Part shown: in pieces, positions 14,805 through 25,676 of the stretch
Position numbering within the stretch: position 1 is the stretch's first letter
Layout of the letters: each line of letters opens with the position of its first letter
Assembly: GCA_028534125.1 (NCBI GenBank)
Contig: CM052818.1
Location: 15,626,001 to 15,690,000 of the forward strand
Direction of reading: 5' to 3'
Origin: Lama glama
Taxonomy: Eukaryota
DNA length: 64,000 bases
The notes under the pieces: generated by a model
The model's database searches: none
Seen by the model: the letters and a program-made list of their open reading frames with translations, nothing else
Told to the model about the DNA's origin: nothing
Made by a program: the position numbers and the translations under genes

Positions 14805-15345
14805 TGTTGCAACATTGCATTTCCTAAAGGTAGGCAAACCAATATATCCCACTGCATAACCTCTTTGTAAAAATGCAGTTTTGACTTTCCCACTGAGGAG
14901 TGAGACTCTAATAGTTGCCCTTCTTGGATATGGCCAGGTCTGTAACCATGGCACAAGTTACTACGTTACTTCTGAAGCTTATTGATAAAAGGTCATTAAG
15001 CTTTCACCTGGTTCTTGTGAGATACTCACCCTTGGAACCCAGCTGTCATGCTCTCTAGAAGTCAAGATGCCACATGGAAAGGCCATGTGCAAGTGGCTAG
15101 GCCAGAGTGCCAGCTGAGGTGACAGCTACATTCTAGCATCAACAATGAGACAGAAGAAGGAACAAGCCTTTAGGTGACCCTATTTCCCAGCATCTGGGCT
15201 GCTCCCGATGATGTCTTGTGGACCTGAGACCAGCTGTGCCCACTGAGCCCTGTTCAAATTTCAAGTCTATGAACATAGTAAATGTCCTTATTTTAAGCTA
15301 CTAAATTTTGAGTCAGTATAGTACACAGCAATATATGGCTATAAC
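14805..15345 (+). mobile_element. MaLR solo LTR (MLT1F/G-like)
   Basis: TG...CA ends and the MLT1 3' signature 'ttttaagctactaaattttgag...acacagcaata...taaca'. Confidence 0.8.
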
Positions 15346-15459
15346 ATCTGCCTAACTTCACAGTATTGTACGTTCTAAATGAGATACCACATACAAAAAT
15401 ATATTGTGCACAGCTAAAAAACATATATGATTATTATTGCTTTTGTTTTTCTTATTATA

Positions 15460-15626
15460 ACTCTTACTACTAAAAATATGGTCCACTGACCAGCAGCATC
15501 AGTGTCACCTGGGACAGGGTTAGAAATGCAGAATCTGAGGCTCCACCCTAGATCTACTGAATCAGAGTCTGCACTGTAACAGGATCTACAGGAGACTCTT
15601 ACGCATATTAAGTTTGAGAAGCACAA
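15460..15626. mobile_element. MER5A-like hAT-Charlie non-autonomous DNA transposon
   Basis: 'gaccagcagcatcagtgtcacctggga...ttagaaatgcagaatctgaggctccaccctaga...tactgaatcaga...aagtttgagaagcac'. Confidence 0.9.
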
Positions 15627-16499
15627 GTATAGACCATGGAACAGCTCCATGATTGTGTAGGGTGTGTCCATGATCAATCTTATGTATCAGTTAGCCTAAG
15701 GGAATGGGTATCCTGTGGTTAGACACTAGCTCCTTGTCTTCTATAGATAGACATGTTGAACCAGTAAGAAATCTTCTGCATTTTCATGGGGAAATTCATG
15801 AGACATAAAAACCTTCAAAGCTCTGTCTCTTTCAAGATGAGCGGAAGGCTGACAGAGACGACCCAGCGTGATCTGACAGATGGTGTATGTCAGATGGATG
15901 AGTGGATAAGAAGAAAAAGAGCCTTTCAAAGTACCTGATTGTAGTTTTAGCTAAAAGCTGCCTTTAAATCAATTTTCCAGAGTCCAGTAGCTTCCATATG
16001 TTTTGGATTAAGGGCTCACTATTCCAGAATTCTGCAGGTAATTGGCTAGCTGGATTGCCAATTACCTACATAGGTAAAAGTGAGCATCCCTGCCTGTGCT
16101 TTTACCAAATTAAAGTTGCTGGTTTGAGAAATAAACATAAGCCACTAATACGGCACTGTGAGATCAGAGTCTCTTCAAGTTTAATTTCACCTGGTGTGTC
16201 AGCTCCAAAATTTTCAATTAGATCTTAATTTCTAACTCTGTTTGGCCCTTACCCTTAAACTAAACATTAGTTTATATATGTTTACTAAGAAAAATAAATG
16301 TACAAGAATTTTTATCATTGCTTAATCTAAACATTATTAAAGAGACACCAGAAAAATAACTAGGACTCTAAAAACAGCAAACATTTTTGAAAGTGGGAGA
16401 AAAGAAAAGCTGAGCCCATACGTTTCTCTTAAAATGGGTTTTAAAATATCACATCCTTTTTAATCATCACCATCATAATAATAAACTTCATAATTATTG

Positions 16500-16650
16500 G
16501 GTATTCTACAGCTTTCTGGTTGGCTTTTTCCACAGCCTGTGAGATTAGCAGGCCTCTATTTCCTCTGTCTTACAGATGAGGAAGGTGAAACAAAGAGCAG
16601 AGAAGAAATCAATACAGGTAACATCACTAGTTAGCTCTTTTATGGTTGAG
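16500..16650 (-). mobile_element. MIR SINE
   Basis: MIR core 'ttacagatgaggaa'. Confidence 0.6.
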
Positions 16651-16832
16651 GACAAGCTATGTTCATATGTCCTAATTTCTTAGAGGAATATTCTCCTATG
16701 GGAAATAGAAGAGGGGCCTTAATTTCACATATAAGTTATAGCTAAAATCACACAGTATGGGACATAACCATGGTCTCTATAGGGTGTTATCCTATTCCTA
16801 GAGGACTTTCTGTGATGAGAGAAATGCTCCTT

Positions 16833-17627
16833 TACAAAGTTTTAATTGAAGTATAGTTGATTTACAGTATTATATTAGTTTCAGATATACAACATAGTGA
16901 TTCAATATTTTTATAGATTATACTCCATTTAAAATTATTATAAAATATTGGCCATATTCCCTTGTACTGTACAATATAGCCTTGTAGCTTATGTATTTTA
17001 TACATAGTAGGTTGTACTTCTTAATCCCCTGTCCCTTCCTTGTTCCTCCCCACTTCCCTCTCCCCTCTGGTAACCACTAGTTTGCTCTCTGTATCTGTCA
17101 GAAAGTCTAAATAACAAATACTGGTGAGGATGTGGAGAAGAGAGAACAGAACTCCTATACACTGTTGGTGGGAATAGAAATTGGTAGAGTCATCATGGAA
17201 AACAGTATAGAGATTCTTTAAAACACTAAAAATAGAACTTCTATAATATGATCCAGCAATCCCACCCCCAGGTATATATCTGAGGAAAAGGAAAACACTA
17301 ATTGAAAAGATACATGCACCCCAATGTTCATAGCAGCATTATTTACAATAGCCAGGACATGGAAGCAACCTATGTGTCTATCAACAGATGAATGGATAGA
17401 GAAGATGTGGTGTGTATTTGTATGTGTACACACACACACACACACACACACACAATGGAATACTATTCAGCCGAAAAAAGGGTGAAATTTTGCCATTTCA
17501 AAAACGTGGCTAGACCTGGAGGATATTACACTTAGTGAAATAAGTCAGAAAAAGACAAATATACTATGTTATCACATATATGGAATATAAAAAAATAAAA
17601 TAAACAAATGAATATAACAAATAGAAA
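16833..17627 (-). mobile_element. L1 (L1MA9/L1_Art-like) with 5' inversion
   Basis: 16833-17098 is an antisense L1 3' end; 17099-17627 is sense ORF2 end/3'UTR. The two pieces are nearly contiguous in the un-inverted relative at 46.5 kb. Confidence 0.85.
17428..17454. repeat. (CA)~13 microsatellite inside L1 3'UTR
   Basis: Directly visible. Confidence 0.95.
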
Positions 17628-19143
17628 TGATAGGAATAATTTTTACCTGCCCTGTTCACCACTTCCTGCATGTGGCTACTGACTACTTGAAATGTGCCTA
17701 CTGTGACTAAGAAACTGAATTTGGGGGTTTATTCTATTTTAATTAATTTAAATTAAATTTAACTTTGTTCTGAAGAATAGGAGCATGAAAGGCTGAGAGT
17801 CAGGCTTTAGAAAACTCATCCTCCAACTCTGATTTCCAGCTATCTTCTTGCACAAAGCACCCTGAACCATCTACAAAGATACCAGGGGGGAAAAAAAAGG
17901 AAAGTAGTGTAGTGGCTAGAGGCCAATGAGCTCAGAGTCTGAGGAATCAGATTAGAGTCCTGAACCCTGCTCTCTCCTTTGAAAAAGTAAGAAAATTATA
18001 GTAAATAAGTTCTAAAGCACTTTCTAGTTATAAAATTATGTGATTTTAGCTAGATCTCAATTGGTTTTTTCCAACCCCTCTCTCTTCCTTATCTTCTCTC
18101 TCTTTAACATCATCTTGAGATTCTTTCTAAGCTCTCCAAATTCAAAAACACCATTTCTAATGGGAAATTTCATGTTCCCCTTTCATAAGCCAATTAAGAA
18201 TAATTTTCCTGTGGTTATCATTTTGCACTTTAAAAGAGCTAGGTAGTATACTCATCCAGCTTCTGAGATATGGCAAAAGCAATTAATTCAAAGCATGATT
18301 TTGTTCTTCCTATTCTCTTGCCCTTTCAGAGTCATGAATCACAGTTATTTGGACCTGGTACTTGTACTTGCTTTGCCTTAGGATGTTCCAGTCTTTTTTT
18401 CACAACGGTCTCTTCCACAGCTACTCTAAAAAATATGCTCTATGCCCTAGGCAGCTCTCTTTTTTCTTACTTCACATTAAATGCAAAAGGGAAATAGTGA
18501 TATAAAACCCTCCATTTCCTGATAACTTCTCTTTAATTCTCTACTCTTTAACTTTACTAGGGCTACTTTTCTCTCATGTACATTTCAAGTACATTTCGTT
18601 AGTAAGACTCTGGTCTGAATGACATATATTTCTTTTCCCATCCTTAATTATCCTTTTAAGTTGTTTCTGTTCACTCTCAATCCATCTCTTTTCCTATCAG
18701 CCTTCTTGGATTAAAAATAAAATAGTTATTCATCAATTTCAATCACATCATTTTAGTTTCCTGTGCTCTTCCGCTAACATTCAGATTGAACCCAATTTAA
18801 GAAAATTTGCATCTCTTCCATTTGAACAAATGTGCTTGGGGGTTTAAAGTAATTTTGAAGATGCTTCAGTTTTTGAAAACAGATTTTCTACAAAGTATTA
18901 AATCCTATGAAACATATTTAGGCACTAATTTTCTGAAAGTCACTATCAGTATGTTTCCTACTATTCTTGTTTTTTAGAATGTTGATATTTAAAAACAGGA
19001 AATAGATTTTTAAAAAAATATCAAAGATTTCATTCTTTTGCTCTAGATGTTTATGGGACAGTATTACCAAACTGAACTTGGGTTTGACCCACCATGCAGC
19101 AAAGCCAATTTACTGACATGGAATTGTGATGAAAGAAAGTACA

Positions 19144-20293
19144 TGTCATCTGCATATAGTGACAATTTTACCTCTTCTTTTCCAATTTGGATCCGTTTTA
19201 TTTCATATCTCTCTTGCCTGATTGCTGTGGCTAGGACTTCCAAGACTATATTGAATAGGAGTGGTGATAGTGGGCAGCCTTGTCTTGTCCCAGATTTTAG
19301 TGGGAAGCTTTTGAGTTTTTTACCATTGAGTACTATGCCGGCTGTAGGTTTGTTATATATAGCTTTTATTATGTTGAGATATGCTCCCTCTATACCCACT
19401 TTGGTGAGAGTTTTTATCATAAATGGGTGTTGAATTTTATCAAAAGCTTTTTCTACATCTATTGAGATGATTATGTGGTTTTTGTCCTTTCTCTTGTTGA
19501 TGTGTATGTCAACCCACCCTTGTGTCCCTGGGATGAACCCCACTTGATCATGATGTATAATCTTTTTTATGTGCTGTTGGATTCTATTTGCTAATATTTT
19601 GGTAAAGATTTTTGCATCTATGTTTATCAGTGATATTGGTCTGTAATTCTCTTTTTTTGGTAGAGTCTTTGCCTGGTTTTGGTATCAGGGTGATGGTGGC
19701 TTCAAAGAATGAGTTTAGGAGTATTCCCTCCTTTTCAATCTTCTGGAGTAGTTTGAGAAGGACTGGTATGAGTTCTTCTTTGTATGTTTGGTAGAATTCC
19801 CCAGTGAAGCCATCTGGTCCTGGACTTTTATTTGTAGGGAGGTTTTTTATTGCTAATTCGATTTCATTTCTAGTGATTGGTTTCTTCAAGTGGTCACTTT
19901 CTTCTTGACTCAGTCTTGGTGCACTGTATGTTTCCAGAAACTTGTCCATCTCCTCTAGGTTATCCATTGTGCTTCCATATAGTTTTACATAATATTCTCA
20001 TATGATATTATGTATTTCTGTTATTTGTTGTAATTTCTCCATTTTCCTTTCCTATTTTGCTTATTTGTGCTCTCTTTTTTCTTCTTTGTGAGTTTGGCCA
20101 GAGATCTGTCGATTTTACTTACTCTTTAAAAAATAAGCTTTAGGTTTGATTGATTTTTTCCTTTTTTTTTTTACTCTCTATTTTACTTATTTCCTCTGTG
20201 ATCTTTATTATTTCCTTCCTTTTGCTGACTTTTGGGGGTTTTTTGCTCTTCTTTTTCTAATTCTTTTAGCTGGTGGATTAGATTGTTTATTTG
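19144..20293 (-). pseudogene. Disrupted L1 ORF2 reverse-transcriptase segment
   Basis: Motifs [55 protein letters not shown] and LYADDM; a frameshift separates ORFs 19584-19967 and 19064-19543. Confidence 0.95.
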
Positions 20294-21223
20294 TCAGAAT
20301 GCCATCATTCAAAAGTCCACAAGTGACAAATGCTAGAGAGGCTGTAGAGAAAAGGGAACCCTCCTACACTGCTACTGGGAATGCAGTATGGTGCAGCTAC
20401 TTTGGAAAATAGTTTGGAGATTCCTCAAAAGACTAGGAATAAGACTTACCATATGACCCAGTAATCCCACTCCTGGGCATTTATCCCAAAGGAACCCTAC
20501 TTCAAAAAGACACCTGCACCCCAATATTCATAGCAGCACTATTTACAACAGCCAAGACATAGAAACAGCCTAAATGTCCATCAACAGACGACTGGATAAA
20601 AAGATGTATATTTAAACAATGGAATGCTATTCAGCCATAAAAACCGACAACATAACACCATTTGCAGCACCATGGATGCTCCTGGAGAATGTCATTCTAA
20701 GTAAAGTAAGCCAGAAAGAGAAAGGAAAATACCATATGAGATTGCTCATATGTGAAATCTGAAAAAAAAAAAAAAGAACATAAATACAAAACAGAAACAG
20801 ACTAATAGACATAGAATACAAACTTGTGGTTGCCAGGGGCACAGGGGGTGGGAAGGGACAGACTGGGATTTCAAAATGTAGAACAGATAAACAAGATTAT
20901 ACTGTATAGTACAGGGAAATATATACAAGATCTTGTGGTAACTCACAGCAAAAAAGAATGTGACAATGAATATATGTATGTTCATGTATAACTGAAAAAT
21001 TGTGCTCTACACTGGAAATTGACAGAACATTGTAAACTGACTATAACTCAATTTTAAAAAAAGGGAACTACATCTGTCAAAGAGCAGGATCTCATTACTT
21101 ATTGGTTGACTGAAATGTGTCAGATGTCTCTATTTGTGGTCTGTTATACTAGGTCAGTGATTCTTGTCATGTGAATTTCATGTTGAGAATAATAGAACTA
21201 ATGAATGAACAACAACAACATAA
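19144..21223 (+). mobile_element. Young camelid L1: 5'-inverted, with 3' transduction
   Basis: Antisense ORF2 19144-20293, sense ORF2 end/3'UTR 20293-21062, extra sequence to ~21209, then (AAC)n/A tail. TSD AAAGAAAGTACA (19132-43) / AAAGACAGTACA (21224-35). Confidence 0.9.
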
Positions 21224-21836
21224 AAAGACAGTACAGTGTTTATTTGCAGGGCACAAAGCAAGGAATACACACAGCTCATGCTCGAAAGACCTGAGCTCCC
21301 CAGTGGCTTTAAGGGAAGGGTATTTAAAAGCAACAGTTGGGGTAAGGGCTGCAGGGTACATGACTTGCTTTTGATTGATTGGTAGTGACATAACAGGGTG
21401 ATGTTTCAGGAATTTTAACCATCAACTTTCTGGTTCCAATCAGTCTGGGGTCTAATGCTTGTGCTCAGCATGTAGTCATCATACCCCACCTGGTTGGGGG
21501 TCTTAGGTCATATAGAGCAACCCAAAGATGTGTGTCAGATTGTTATGCACATCCCTTGAGGAGGAATTAGGACCCTGTTTTATTGCTGAACTATTGTCAT
21601 TACTTTTCTCGTTAACTGCTTTTCCTTTGTTTCTGCATTCCCTCATTTCCCTAATTAGTAACTGCTTGTGCCTGCTCTTTGGAACTTAGGGAAGGCCTAC
21701 AAGACTAATGCCTTTTCCTACAAACTTGAAACAGGGAATATGGTAGGGCTTTTCTACCTAGAAGGGCCCTGCAGGGTCCTGCTCGGTTTCAGTCCCTGAT
21801 TTTCTTTGATACTCCTTAACCCTGAGGGGAACAGGT

Positions 21837-22302
21837 TGTGAAATAAAGCTCGTATTTTATAGCAAGACAAGAAAAATTTAAACATGAATTCTTCTCTGCC
21901 CCTTGGCCTCCTCCCTCTCTGCTCTGTGCATTGTACAGCTGCATTATGCATTCACAAAACCCTCCCATCAGCAGGAATACCTCCTCAACCATAAACAGCA
22001 ACATTCTCCCAGCCTCAACAAGACAATTCCTTAAAAGATAACATTCCTTCTTAGTCTTGTAAGGGGTCATTTGACCCACAAGGCTGGCACTTAGATCTGG
22101 ATTATGTAAACCATTAATAAGAAGTCATTTGATATACAACTCTCTGTCTCAAAAAACTTACATAACGGCGCCTTGATTTCTAACAGGTGGAACAGTTCTC
22201 AGAGCTTTCTGAGATGCTCTTCCCGGGTTATAATCCTCAAATTTGGCTCAAATAAAATGTTCCATTTCTTTCATAGATCAACTAATTAACTTTTCATTGA
22301 CA
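21837..22302 (+). mobile_element. Solo ERV1-class LTR nested in the LTR at 19062-22378
   Basis: TG...CA ends, AATAAA at ~22251, imperfect 4-bp flanking duplication; homologous to 25677-26132. Confidence 0.85.
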
Positions 22303-23410
22303 AAGGGCAGGACAAGGAAGGGAATAAAGTTTTGGATAGAGAGGTTAATCATAAACTCAGCAGGAGAACTCAGTTTCAACAGTAGAAACAGCATCTAAAT
22401 TTAACCCATAGTTTCACAAGATTCAAACTGGCATTAATACATCTCCATCTGGAAGAATTTGGGGAGAAATAAGGTGAGTTTTAGAGGTTTCCAGATCAAT
22501 TAGGCCTAGAAAGGATCTTCAGGAAAAATCCAAACTAATTTAGATCCCTGAGAATCTTACACCCAGCCTAGAGCTAACTGAGGAAATCACTATCTCTATG
22601 GACCTAAACAGGTTCTAGAGAGAGTAGGACGGTGGGGACAGCTGTGCCCTGGCCTCCAGCTCTCTTAATGTGTCTCACTTTAGCCTCCCCTGCTCTTTAT
22701 GTGAAGTTCAGTCCAAAGTGCTAGGGAGCTCAGAATTCCTACGAATAATGCTTTAAGTTTGAATAATCAATAGCTATGTTTCTATGGCCCCCTATCTCAG
22801 CCTCACAAGAATTCTAGTTCTTTCAGGCATTTTCTCCTTTCTCATTTATCAAGTTCTCTCTCATGCTTTGAATACTTAAGAAACCCATGTGACCTTGTTT
22901 GCCCTCAGAGTTCATCACAAAACATTTCCTTTTGCACAACTGACGCTTACTGACTTGGAATAAGAAAAACTTGCCTCTAGTGAGGGCAACTATTTTTATT
23001 GTTTTCCCTCTGAACCAGCTCTGCTTTGTCAGCCAAAACATTCGTATCCTTTTCATTCTGCCCTTTAATATCATATTTCTCTAATGGTATCACCTGTATC
23101 TTCTCCATCCTCCAGGCACAGCCTGAGGGAGCAGCCGCATTTGGCCTATGAAACAAAGGATTCCGAATCCATATTCCAGGTGTGACTGCCCACTCCTTTT
23201 AGAGGTCCTCTCAACAACCCCCTGCCCCAGGCCCCATCAGTTTGTTTCATCAATCACCACCCTGGGCCAAGCTTCCTTTGTCATCCTTTATTCCCCAAAC
23301 TCATATGCCGCTTCCCATGTCCCTGGATAGGAGCCACTGCCCTGTGCTACCCCACTTCACTCCTGAATGCTTTATATGGATCCCTGGAACTCACATTCTC
23401 TGAGTAGTGG

Positions 23411-24186
23411 TGATACCGACCAGGACTCTGTTGGGTCCTCCCTGGTACAAATCTTTCCACGTTCCTTGTTTCTTGTTTGTAGGAAATAGGCTTCATTCAG
23501 CCTCCTTGACCTTCCCTGAGTTCCAAAGGGCAGATTCAAACAGTTGCTAATCAGGGAAGGGAGGGAACGCAGAAATAAGGGAAAACAATCAGGAAACAAT
23601 AGTGCAGCCTTGGGGCAGGGTCCTGGTTACCAAGGTTGCCCATAGGATCATATCCCTGTCCCTCCCTTGAATAGAAACCAGTTACTCTTATCTAAGTCTC
23701 AGGAGGCAAAGAGAAGAAAACTAGAACTGGTTAGAATGTACAAAGCCCAAGAAGTCAAACGATTGACTTCCAAGTGACCTTGAGGCTCATTATGTAGTTA
23801 TTGTAATGCATTAGCTAAGTCACACACCCACCAGAGCCATGATAGTTGACAACTGCCATGACAACAACCAGAAGAGCCCACTACAAGGATGGAAAAGAAG
23901 GGCAATTGGCTCCAGCATACCTGGAACCAGGACCTGACGGCAGAAGCCTCCCATAAAAGTCCACATGGCCCGAGCCGCAGCTGGAGCTGTTGCTACCCAC
24001 CAAGATGCTCCCTGCTAGAGCATCTCTTCCTCGCTAGAGCACTTCCTTTCCTTTTCCTCTTCTGAGCAACAAAGCGGCTGTTCACTTCGTCCCTCTGCCT
24101 CTACTGCACAAATGCCTTCACAGCTGGCGACAAGGACCCACACTTTGGTGGGCTTCCTAATTTAGGGGTCTCTCTATCGACTAACA
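23411..24186 (+). mobile_element. Solo ERV1 LTR with a MER41-like core
   Basis: TG...CA ends and a perfect 4-bp TSD GTGG (23407-10, 24187-90). 'aatgcattagc...cacccaccagagccatgatagttgacaactgccatgacaac' is MER41-like; CATAAAA box ~23952. Confidence 0.85.
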
Positions 24187-24249
24187 GTGGATCTTAGTAT
24201 ATTTTCAACATTTTCCCCAAATTTATTGTTTATCATCAGCCCTCGACAG

Positions 24250-24757
24250 TGTAGGAGTTCAGAACAAGCCTCCTCAAAATGTGTCACTTTTGCATGACGA
24301 TTATTTTGAGATAAAGGTTATAAAGACCCTGTGGGTCCAAGAGAAACTACTGCCCCTCCCTTAACTACCTACAAGAATTTAAATAGGGGATTTTTTTTTC
24401 CCCAGAAAGCGTTATTACCAGAGATAAATTTTATGTAAGTGGCACCATCTGTATGGCAGGGCAAACATCTAATGATCAAACATCTACTCTCCTTGTTTTC
24501 CTGTGAATGACCCTCCTGTCCTTGGAAGCTTTAGACCTCCATCCCATTTCTTAGCTACAGAAGGACAACAGACCTTACTTTACCTTTCTGCCTTTGAACC
24601 TCTCATGTATGTGGGATCTCTGATGCTCACATGTATGTACGGTTCCCATACAAACAAAACTAAATTTTATTTTCTCCTATTAATCCGTCTCATGTCAATT
24701 CAACTTTGAGACCAGCCGGAGGAACCTAGAAGAGTAAAGTTTTCTTCCTCTTCAACA
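24250..24757 (+). mobile_element. Solo ERV1 LTR, MER34-like
   Basis: Starts 'tgtaggagttcagaac...caaaatgtgtcac' and ends 'gaacctagaagagtaaag...ttcctcttcaaca'; ACAG on both sides (the right copy overlaps the terminal A). Confidence 0.8.
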
Positions 24758-24899
24758 CAGAAATCTGTTCAACCTTTGGAAAACATTTCCTTTTTGACTA
24801 GGTGAACTCTGGTTTTCCTTTCCAGAGGTTGGCAAGGTTTCCTCCTTTCTCCCCATTTGATATTTATTATTCTTTCTGTCTCTTGCCACACTTGCTGTG

Positions 24900-25105
24900 A
24901 AACATGGTGCTTATAAGCACAGAATCAAAGTGTAACTACTAAGGTTAAATTCTTGCTCTACCCCTAACTCTGTGCTCTTCCACAAATATTTTCTCAGTTT
25001 GCCTCAGCTTCCTCATTTTTAAAATGACAAAAGCACCTTACTCAAAAGAATGTTTAAGCCTTATGAAGATTAAATTAATATGTGCAAAGTACTTAAAAGA
25101 GTTAC
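24900..25105 (+). mobile_element. MIR SINE
   Basis: 'gcctcagcttcctcatttttaaaatg...gaagattaaatta...tgtgcaaagtactta'. Confidence 0.75.
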
Positions 25106-25676
25106 TGATTTAAAGTATATCTGACTCACTTTTATTACTCAGTTAAGGTTCTGAGAAGGCCTGAAATTAAATAACAGTTTTATTCATCCTTCCAAGTATA
25201 TTTAACCTTAGAACATCTCTCTCTTTCTCCTTTTTTTTTTTTTCAAATGTAACTCTTACTGTGTTTTCCTGAAAACCTCATTACTGAGAACTCAATTTGG
25301 GAGACCCTGATCTTGAGTTTTAAATAAAAACAAATAAAAGCCCTAGAAAGGTGAAATGACTACAGAAATATGATGATGATTAATGCAGACAAATCCTAAA
25401 TCAAAACCCAGGTCTCCTGGTACTCAAGATGCTAGAATTTGATCCATAAAGAAGGAAGTGTAAAAGGGTCTGTAGGTGTTAAATGAGACTTCTTTTTAAA
25501 ATAATCAATTCTGCACAAATGCTATTTCAAATCATCTTCCAAAAAAGAAATAATTGAACACTACTTGCTTTCTTTTTCTGGTATCAGTGTTTCTGTCTTT
25601 CATCGTGCAATTGATTAATTTTCAGTCATTCCTCAAAAAATATGCTATGTTATATATTAATATATATGATATAGAA

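Larger units (their letters stand above)
16785..17765. mobile_element. MER3-like hAT-Charlie element split by an L1
   Basis: Left half 'actttctgtgatgagagaaatg'; right half 'catgtggctactgactacttgaaatgtg...gactaagaaactgaattt...ttttaattaatttaaatt'. Confidence 0.75.
19062..22378 (-). mobile_element. Solo ERV1-class LTR (~760 bp once the two nested inserts are removed)
   Basis: Pieces 19062-19143, 21236-21836 and 22303-22378 join into one LTR. 4-bp TSD ACAG at 19058-61 and 22379-82; minus-strand TTTAAA box (~21325) and AATAAA (~21240). Confidence 0.85.
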
